Part shown: positions 57,744 through 64,000 of the stretch, one piece after another
How positions within the stretch are numbered: position 1 is the first letter of the stretch
Layout of the letters: every line of letters begins with the position of its first letter
From: a virus
Lineage: Duplodnaviria; Heunggongvirae; Uroviricota; Caudoviricetes
Reading direction: 5' to 3' (one strand)
Length of the DNA: 64,000 bases
IMG/VR virus record: IMGVR_UViG_3300044212_000090
Notes under the pieces: model-generated
What the model saw: the letters and a program-made list of their open reading frames with translations, nothing else
What the model was told of the DNA's origin: nothing
The model's database searches: none
Position numbers and translations under genes: made by a program

Positions 57744-58349
57744 TTGAAATCCAAGAAGACCCTGTGGATCACCCTCGGCTCCATCGGAGCGGTGGTCGTC
57801 CTGCTCGTCATCTCGCTCATCGGCTCCTATAATTCGATGGCAAGCTCAAAGAACGACGTAGAGAATGCATGGAGCCAGGTCGAGGTGAGCTACCAGCGCC
57901 GCGCCGACCTCATCCCCAATCTCGTGAAGGTCGCCCAGCAGGCATCCGTGCGCGAGCAGGATATCCTCACCGCAGCCCTGAACGCCCGCTCCAAGGCCCT
58001 GAGCGCCAACGTCGCGCCCGGAGACGCCAATGCCCTTGCCCAGTCGCAGGCCCCTGTGGACAGCGCCCTGAGCCGCCTTCTGGCGCTCAATGAGTCGTAT
58101 CCCGACTTGAAGAGCAACCGGAACTGGGAGAATCTGCAATCCCAGCTGGAGGGCACGGAGAATCGAGTGGCGGTATCCCGATCGGACTACAACGACGCGG
58201 TGCGCGGCTACAACGACCGCATCGTGCGCTTCCCCGGCAACGCGCTCGCCGGGATGTTCGGCTTTGAGAAGGTCGGATACTTCGCCGCCCAGCAGGGCGC
58301 GCAGGATGCCCCGTCCATCATGTTCGACAATCCGAGCGCGACCAAGTGA
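57744..58349 (+). CDS. lemA: LemA family protein
   Basis: N-terminal TM helix and LemA-type helical domain; probable TTG start after AAAGGAGA RBS. Confidence 0.7.
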   Translation: MKSKKTLWITLGSIGAVVVLLVISLIGSYNSMASSKNDVENAWSQVEVSYQRRADLIPNLVKVAQQASVREQDILTAALNARSKALSANVAPGDANALAQSQAPVDSALSRLLALNESYPDLKSNRNWENLQSQLEGTENRVAVSRSDYNDAVRGYNDRIVRFPGNALAGMFGFEKVGYFAAQQGAQDAPSIMFDNPSATK

Positions 58350-59110
58350 GCCGCGCTCTTCCCAGGCGGCTGATTGCCCTTGCGCTCGCCCTGCTCTCGC
58401 TCATCGCACTGGCCGCGTGCGGCGCGATCGCGGCCCCGCAGACCATCCCCAAGGCCCCCTCGCTCATGCGCCCGGTGGTCGACAGGACCGGCACGCTCTC
58501 GGACTCCGACATCGATGCGATATCCAAGGCCGCGGGCAACAATGCGAAGAATCCCACGTCCCCGCAGGTGGCGGTGCTCATGGTCGGCTCGCTGCCCGGC
58601 GGCGACACCGTGGAGCAGGCATCCCTCAAGGCCGCCCGGGCGTGGGGGATAGGCGGCAAGGGCATGAAGAACGGCGTGCTGTTCTATATCGCCAAGGACG
58701 ACCACGAGATGCGGCTGGAGGTCGCGGACGGCGTGGGCGACCGCCTCACCGACCTGGAGTCCGACCGCATCCTGGACGACCATGTGAAGCCGCTGTTCAA
58801 AAAGGACAGGTACGCCGAGGGGATCGAGACGGGGGTGAAGCTCGTGCGCGCCGAGATAGGCGGCAGGCCGGGGACGACGCACGTTGGGAGTGGGCGGAAG
58901 AGCGCCGACGCTGCGGACAAGGCGAAGGCGCCCAATATCTTCGTCGGCATACTCTCCTTCGTCCTGCTGTTCGCGCTGCTCTTCTTCATCCTGCCGTTCG
59001 CGCTGCTCTTCGGCGGCTCGTCGTCAAGCTCCTCCTCGTCATCCTCCAGTGACTCGTCGTTCGGCGGAGGCGGCGGCTTCTCGGGCGGCGGAGCATCGTC
59101 GGGCTGGTGA
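58346..59110 (+). CDS. TPM-domain (TLP18.3/Psb32-like phosphatase) membrane protein with Ser/Gly-rich tail
   Basis: Signal peptide/lipobox-like N-terminus, TPM core (GVLFYIAKDDHEMRLEVADG), C-terminal TM and poly-Ser/Gly; classic LemA-TPM pairing. Confidence 0.7.
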   Translation: MSRALPRRLIALALALLSLIALAACGAIAAPQTIPKAPSLMRPVVDRTGTLSDSDIDAISKAAGNNAKNPTSPQVAVLMVGSLPGGDTVEQASLKAARAWGIGGKGMKNGVLFYIAKDDHEMRLEVADGVGDRLTDLESDRILDDHVKPLFKKDRYAEGIETGVKLVRAEIGGRPGTTHVGSGRKSADAADKAKAPNIFVGILSFVLLFALLFFILPFALLFGGSSSSSSSSSSSDSSFGGGGGFSGGGASSGW

Positions 59111-59124
59111 GGCCGAATAACACG

Positions 59125-59172
59125 AAAAGACCGACGCCGCAGATACCTCTATCTGCGGCGTCGGTCTTTTTT
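59125..59172. terminator. bidirectional rho-independent terminator
   Basis: AAAAGACCGACGCCGCAGATA...TATCTGCGGCGTCGGTCTTTTTT. Confidence 0.7.
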
Positions 59173-59180
59173 ATGTCAGC

Positions 59181-59945
59181 CTAGAAGACGAAGTCTCGGA
59201 CTGCTTTCGCAACCGTCTGCGCGATGAGCCGCCCCTCGTCGCGGGCCGCGCTCTTGCGCATCTCGATCATGACCGATGCCAGCCCGTGCTTCGGGTCATC
59301 GAGATTGTTGGGGACGATGGATCCTTTGAAGACCTCATTGAGACCCACGCCCAGCCCGAGGAATTCCAGTTGCTCGCCGAGCATAATCGCCAGCTCCATG
59401 CCCCGCGCGTCGCCGTTGTGCCCGAGGCACACCTGCGGGCGTCCATCGTCCGCGTGCAGCTCATAGGGCCACGGCTCGTCCGAGTAGGTGTGCACGTCGA
59501 GCAGAACGCACTGGCCGAACTGGGCGATCATGCGCTGAGCGACATGGGTAAGCATCGCATGGTAGGGCCAGTAGACCTCGGCCATGCGGTCGCGCACTTC
59601 CAGATCGTCCGGCTCCTGACCGGGCCTGTAGATGGGATCGCCGTTCTCGTCGCGCGTGTAGACGACGCCCATGCCGACGGCGTTCATCTCCTCGCGCTCG
59701 TCGGGGTATCGTTCGACGTCGCAGTACACCCGGCTGACATCGGTGCCTAGCAGCTGGCCCATGGCGCGCTGCGCGATGGTCTCGCCCACGACATCGGCGT
59801 AAGAGTCCGCGAGATTGCAGATGGTCCGCTGCGTGCGCCTGACATCCGCCAGTCGCATGGAGTCGAAATCACGAGCGAGGCCCGCATGCGGCACGGAGAC
59901 CAGCGCCGGGAAGTCGCCGAAGGAGTTCAGTGAAAGAGTCTGCAT
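59181..59945 (-). CDS. N-formylglutamate amidohydrolase (FGase)-family zinc hydrolase
   Basis: ALVSVPHAG ... HNGDARG motifs typical of the FGase/HutG-like family; start MQTLSLNSF 11 nt after GACGCATA. Confidence 0.6.
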   Translation of the reverse strand: MQTLSLNSFGDFPALVSVPHAGLARDFDSMRLADVRRTQRTICNLADSYADVVGETIAQRAMGQLLGTDVSRVYCDVERYPDEREEMNAVGMGVVYTRDENGDPIYRPGQEPDDLEVRDRMAEVYWPYHAMLTHVAQRMIAQFGQCVLLDVHTYSDEPWPYELHADDGRPQVCLGHNGDARGMELAIMLGEQLEFLGLGVGLNEVFKGSIVPNNLDDPKHGLASVMIEMRKSAARDEGRLIAQTVAKAVRDFVF

Positions 59946-60045
59946 CCGATGTTGTATGCGTCCGGAGAGAAGGAGAAACAGCCGCCGCGCGCGTTTGGGA
60001 TATACGGATTGGATGAGGGCGGCTGTATAACTTCTCTTATGGGTT

Positions 60046-60726
60046 CTAGTCTTCCGCGACCAGCCTTGCCGCTTCGACCGCATCGTCGTACTCAACATAC
60101 GGCGGATTCTCCGGCGCATTATCTGCGACCGCCATCGCCACCACGTCGGGCCGTCCCAGCCTCTCATAATTCCACCCGTCAGGGGCGTATTCGTCATTCC
60201 ACGCCACGCGGGCGACAGGCCTGAAGCCGTGGCGACCATAGAGGCTCGGCAGACCCCCTCGGATGTCGTAGCAGTCGAGCCTTCTCGCGCCCCTCTCCAC
60301 GGCCTTCTCGACCAGTGCGTCGCCGCCGTGCTCGCCTTTGTACGAGAACACGGATACCAGCTCGTCGCCATCCGCGATGGCGAAGCCGGTGCGCCCGTCC
60401 TCGTCCAGATAGAGGTCGTCGCGCAGATAGTCGTCCGCGTCGTGCACATCCACCGCCGAAGCCATCGGATTGTTCTCCTTGAGCGCCGCGATGCGATCGC
60501 GGAACAATTCGGCGTTCTCCGGCGTGGCGTCCAGCTTGAAGAAGAGCTTCGGCGATGCGCTGGGAGCCGCGCCGTCCAGACTCACGCCGCCTACAGGCTC
60601 GCACGGGACCTTGTTTCCGCCGATGCTCAGGTACGCCTTGCGCGGGTTCAGGCTCGGGAGGTCGGATGCCCCCGCGTTCGGGTCGAAATCGAATTGCCCG
60701 TTGGGCTTCCTAGGCTGATTGGTCAT
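60046..60726 (-). CDS. GNAT-family acetyltransferase with conserved N-terminal motif (family member 4)
   Basis: MTNQPRKPNGQFDFDPNAGASDLPSLNP N-terminus; C-terminal GNAT-like core (ELVSVF...GGDALVEKAVERGARRLDCYDI...LYGRHGFRPV). Confidence 0.55.
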   Translation of the reverse strand: MTNQPRKPNGQFDFDPNAGASDLPSLNPRKAYLSIGGNKVPCEPVGGVSLDGAAPSASPKLFFKLDATPENAELFRDRIAALKENNPMASAVDVHDADDYLRDDLYLDEDGRTGFAIADGDELVSVFSYKGEHGGDALVEKAVERGARRLDCYDIRGGLPSLYGRHGFRPVARVAWNDEYAPDGWNYERLGRPDVVAMAVADNAPENPPYVEYDDAVEAARLVAED

Positions 60727-60758
60727 GCCGTCGCGCTATGCGAGCGGCGGCATGTGTT

Positions 60759-60983
60759 CTACTCGAAGTGGACGACCTGCCAGATGCCGAGCGGCTCCAT
60801 GCTCTCTGCCGTCTTGATGGCCTCCGTCTCGCTCTCGCAGTCGAGCGCTGCGGTGCGGATGCCATATTCGGCGTCCTCGCGGCTCAGCGTATCGGGGTAC
60901 TGGGCCATGATCTCCTCGACCCGCTTGGCGACCGCTTTTTCGATGGCGGGCGTGCTTTCTTTGAGTCCCACTCGGTTCGTCAT
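60759..60983 (-). CDS. small hypothetical protein
   Basis: Start MTNRVGLKE within the 112-aa frame; 74 aa. Confidence 0.4.
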   Translation of the reverse strand: MTNRVGLKESTPAIEKAVAKRVEEIMAQYPDTLSREDAEYGIRTAALDCESETEAIKTAESMEPLGIWQVVHFE

Positions 60984-61670
60984 ATTCGTTCCTTTCGTTT
61001 CCGCATCATATGCGTCCTGCAATCCAAGGCCGTTGCCTGGCTCCAGCCTATCATTTTCGCTCTGGACGCATTCCCGGTATGCTAGCCCGTAGAACATAGG
61101 GAAAGATTACGAAAAGGAGTGCAGGAAGCGCGGCAAAGCCCTCCCAGCCGTGCGCGAGGCGTTCGGAGAGCCTGGTCTCGAATTCCTCGAAGCCGGGCGA
61201 GCATGCGACGTCGATGTCGCGGCAGACAAGTCCGCCCACGGATCGCAGGGACGCCAGCCGAAGGGCGCTCCGGGAGGAATCGGCGGACGGTTCGCCTAGC
61301 GGCGCTCAGAGCGCCTAGCTGCGGCTGATGCTGCAATGATGCCCAGTGTTGCCATCAGGCCTGGATTTTGCGCCCGTCGCATGACAGAGTATGTGCATCC
61401 AGCGCATAGCGCGAATCCCATGAGACTCTTCCTGTGCTCCGCCCAGCCGTACATCGCCAGCATGTTCCTGCTCGCGATCGTCGTCTACATGCTGCACGTC
61501 CAGCCGCATCATCGCTCAGCGCCCGCGTGGCTGAACGCCGCCATGGCGCTCTCGGCGCTGGGCATGGGCTCCTGCGAGCTGACCATCGATCTCACGGGCT
61601 ATCCCATCGCCATCCCCGCGGCGCTGGCATTCTTCGCGCTGTCCGCCGTCATGGGACGGATGGCGTTTCG

Positions 61671-62126
61671 TCAGCTCTTCGGGCCGAGCGCCGCGTCCAG
61701 CCGCGCCGTGAAACCGTCCAGCGACTTCGCGTCCCGCTCGTAGCCCGCCTTCGCCGCATCCGTGCCCACGGTGCAGTCGCGCGACTTCGGAGCCGGCACC
61801 GGCTTCTCGACCAGCGAGACGACCGCGCCCAAGTCCTTCACGTCCGCATCGAGCGACTGCACGGCCTTCACGCCCCTGCCGTACGCCGCGTTCGCGCGGT
61901 CGTAGGATGCCGCCGTCCGGGCACTGGCGGACGCGCATGCGGAGATGGAGGCGCGGAGTGCGGTCTCATGGCGCGCCGCAGCGTACAGATGCCAGCCGCC
62001 GACGCCCAGAGCCAGCGCCAGCACGGCCAGGACCGCCCCGAGGCGCAGGGCGAATCGCCAGCGTCGTTCGCGTCGCTCGATGCGGTAGTCGTTGAGGCCG
62101 CGGGCCAGCGCCCGCTCGAAGCTATC
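61671..62126 (-). CDS. membrane-anchored hypothetical protein (TM then extracytoplasmic domain); possibly the 3' part of a frameshifted gene
   Basis: RRERRW-TM(RFALRLGAVLAVLALALGVGGW)-soluble domain; upstream part of its frame is junk and overlaps the neighbouring gene's real frame. Confidence 0.3.
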   Translation of the reverse strand, partial: DSFERALARGLNDYRIERRERRWRFALRLGAVLAVLALALGVGGWHLYAAARHETALRASISACASASARTAASYDRANAAYGRGVKAVQSLDADVKDLGAVVSLVEKPVPAPKSRDCTVGTDAAKAGYERDAKSLDGFTARLDAALGPKS

Positions 62127-62394
62127 CAACGCTCTGCCTTCTGAGCGAATACTCGACGACCGCGCCATCGCGCGTCCGATCGAAGAGCTCATGCCCCCGC
62201 TTCGAGATCTCCAGCGCATGCATGACCGCCTCGGGGGCCGTGCGGATGTCCAGGCGCGGGCGATGCGCTGCATCGGCCCACTGGTTCTGGATGACCGTGA
62301 GCTCCACGCGATTCGCGCTGGACACCTGCCATGACTGGCGTTCGATGCGATGCGCGACGACGAAGGCAGCGGCGGCATCTGCGAGCGATCTCAT
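62122..62394 (-). CDS. hypothetical protein (possible N-terminal domain of the downstream membrane protein)
   Basis: Start MRSLADAAAAF within 117-aa frame. Confidence 0.35.
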   Translation of the reverse strand: MRSLADAAAAFVVAHRIERQSWQVSSANRVELTVIQNQWADAAHRPRLDIRTAPEAVMHALEISKRGHELFDRTRDGAVVEYSLRRQSVG

Positions 62395-62666
62395 GATGCA
62401 TCCCCTCGCGGGGTCATGCCCGCCGTAGCCGCTCCCGCGAACAGGGAGGTGATGATGCCGAGGGCATTCACCCACCTGTGCCCCACGAAGAAGAGGACTG
62501 CCTGCAGCGCCGCAGCAGCGAACAGCAGCGCAAGCGTGACGGGAAGCAGCCGGGGCGAGTAGGATGCCCCTTTATACCCCTTCCATGCCAGAACGCTCTG
62601 GCATGCAACCCCCGCCAGCATCACGAGCATGGAAACGAAAGACAGCGCATCATAGGTGCCGCTCAT
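62391..62666 (-). CDS. small membrane protein
   Basis: 91 aa, three hydrophobic segments. Confidence 0.4.
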   Translation of the reverse strand: MSGTYDALSFVSMLVMLAGVACQSVLAWKGYKGASYSPRLLPVTLALLFAAAALQAVLFFVGHRWVNALGIITSLFAGAATAGMTPRGDAS

Positions 62667-63142
62667 CGCCCCGCCTCCTCATCTGCCTGCCTGATGGCCC
62701 TGCCGGTCGGCTTGAGCCTGACGAAGCGGGTGCCGCTGTCCGGGTCGAGCCACATGGCCTGCGCGGCGTTCTCGCCGAGCAGCACGAAGCGCTTCGGCTC
62801 GCCGTCCAGCGCCGCGAGCGACCATGCCTGACAGGTGGCGCGGACCGTGCGATTGACGGCGTAGGACAATGCCCCCAGCTGGGCGACGACGAGCACGATG
62901 ATGGCGACCATCCTATCGTCGGGGGAGAGCTGGGCCTCCCCGTGCTCGACTCCCTGCACGACGAGGCCCAGCACGCTCAGCGCGGCGATGGAGACGACGG
63001 CGGCGAAGCCCGCGCGGATGAGCGGGGAGGCCCACGAGCGGGCATCCTGCAGGTTCTCTACCGCGCATGAGAGCGCGGCGAAGACCAGCGCGAGAAGCAG
63101 GGCTAGAGCGATGACGGCGAAGCAGACGAGATAGTAGCGCAT
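62663..63142 (-). CDS. membrane protein
   Basis: 159 aa, several TM helices. Confidence 0.45.
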   Translation of the reverse strand: MRYYLVCFAVIALALLLALVFAALSCAVENLQDARSWASPLIRAGFAAVVSIAALSVLGLVVQGVEHGEAQLSPDDRMVAIIVLVVAQLGALSYAVNRTVRATCQAWSLAALDGEPKRFVLLGENAAQAMWLDPDSGTRFVRLKPTGRAIRQADEEAGR

Positions 63143-63490
63143 CTATCGCGCCTCCCGGATGTCGAGCTTCACGACGTTGCGATGCGAGACCTCAAGCGGC
63201 TCCGCATGCGGCTCGGGATGCTCCAGCCCGCCGAGCATCGCCAGGCATTCGGCATCCGAGTACGTGCCATCCCCATAGCCGCCGCCGATGAGGTTGATGG
63301 CGCCGCGCACGCCCTGCTCGAGGTCGGCGACGGAGTACATGAGCTCGCCCTTGGGGTGGAAGGGCCACTGGTGCGTGAGCACGACGTAGCGCTCTCCCCG
63401 CGCGCGGACATCCCACCAGTAGCTGGATTCTGATTCGGGGATGGCGAAGCGCACCTGCCTCGCATCCTGCGGCATTTCAATGTTGGTCAT
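63143..63490 (-). CDS. hypothetical protein
   Basis: 115-aa ORF; GACGCATAT 10 nt upstream of start. Confidence 0.45.
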   Translation of the reverse strand: MTNIEMPQDARQVRFAIPESESSYWWDVRARGERYVVLTHQWPFHPKGELMYSVADLEQGVRGAINLIGGGYGDGTYSDAECLAMLGGLEHPEPHAEPLEVSHRNVVKLDIREAR

Positions 63491-63523
63491 GAAAGAACAT
63501 ATGCGTCGGCGGTTGCTCTTGTC

Positions 63524-64000
63524 TTAGAGCACCCTCCGTATCACATACCCGCCCGGGAACACATTGCCCACCGTGTTCACTCGCGTGCCGACGCCCGGTG
63601 TCTCGGCGCCGATCTCCATGCCGTTGCCGATGTAGATGGCGGCATGATGGCTGTTGGCGAGGATGTCGCCGGGCGTCGCGTCCGCCAGCGAGGCGACCGC
63701 GACGCCCGCTCCCGCCTGCGCCCCCGAGTAATGCGGGAGGCCCACGCCGAAATGCGCGAACACGTACATGACGAACCCCGAGCAATCCCAGCCGGAGGGC
63801 GTCGTGCCGCCCCAGGCATACGGAGCGCCCTGGAAGCCCAGGGCGAACGCCGCGGGCGACGCGCCGTCGGGTACGGGCACAGGAGCCGCAGATGCGCTGG
63901 ATGGAGCCGCAGGGGGCGTCTCAAGCGGCTCTCTCTCGGCGGAGCGGCTGGCTGCCTGCGCGGCCTCGCGCTCGCGCTGCGCTCTCTCGGCGGCGGCCTT
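63524..64000 (-). CDS. NlpC/P60-family peptidoglycan peptidase (5' end beyond window)
   Basis: APYAWGGTTPSGWDCSGFVMYVF ... HHAAIYIGNG catalytic Cys/His signature; frame remains open to the window edge. Confidence 0.7.
   Translation of the reverse strand, partial: KAAAERAQREREAAQAASRSAEREPLETPPAAPSSASAAPVPVPDGASPAAFALGFQGAPYAWGGTTPSGWDCSGFVMYVFAHFGVGLPHYSGAQAGAGVAVASLADATPGDILANSHHAAIYIGNGMEIGAETPGVGTRVNTVGNVFPGGYVIRRVL

Larger units (their letters stand above)
10156..64000. mobile_element. putative integrative conjugative element (right boundary outside window; left att not identified)
   Basis: xis + tyrosine integrase at the left end, followed by orphan MTases, CwlT-like hydrolase, FtsK-like translocase, LAxTG surface adhesins, helicase, nucleases and many small hypothetical genes. 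Confidence 0.4.

Overview
High-GC (Actinomycetota-like) window dominated by mobile DNA. Sortase substrates carry LAxTG-type anchors, which suggests a class-E sortase host. At 0.6-1.05 kb there is a cluster of three tRNA genes (Arg-CCT, Lys-CTT, Arg-ACG). It is followed by an ~8.6 kb island carrying an orphan DNA methyltransferase, acidic hypothetical proteins, a truncated serine recombinase, and a BcgI-like Type IIB restriction-modification pair (fused endonuclease-methyltransferase plus a two-TRD S subunit) with a small XRE regulator. From ~10.1 kb to the end of the window lies what looks like a large integrative, probably conjugative, element. It encodes an excisionase, a tyrosine integrase, two further orphan N6/N4 methyltransferases, an SPFH/flotillin protein, a CwlT-like two-domain cell-wall hydrolase, two LAQTG-anchored surface proteins (one ~1300 aa with Listeria-Bacteroides repeats, one pilin-like with a CnaB-type domain), a PIF1/RecD-like helicase, an FtsK/SpoIIIE-family DNA translocase, VRR-NUC and MmcB-like nucleases, a LemA/TPM pair, an NlpC/P60 peptidase, and long runs of small hypothetical genes. 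Most notable is an Rsr (Ro60/TROVE-vWA) gene with an upstream, separately terminated ~150-nt RNA that folds as a YrlA-type bacterial Y RNA (terminal Ro-binding-like helix plus a permuted tRNA-like module). Other signals of interest: a family of four proteins sharing a conserved ~28-aa N-terminal motif (M-S/T-D/N-Q-P-R-K-P-N-G-Q-F/Y-D-F-D-P-N-A-G-x-x-D-L-P-S-L) fused to unrelated C-termini, one of them a GNAT; a ~245-bp repeat found only at four divergent promoter junctions; a GACGCATA(T) motif 8-12 nt upstream of many start codons; a fourfold tandem ~140-bp repeat; and a +1 frameshifted secreted HNH (DUF1524) nuclease. Coordinates obtained by counting within printed lines may be off by 1-2 nt in places (for example around 38.5-38.9 kb); ORF-track coordinates were used where possible.
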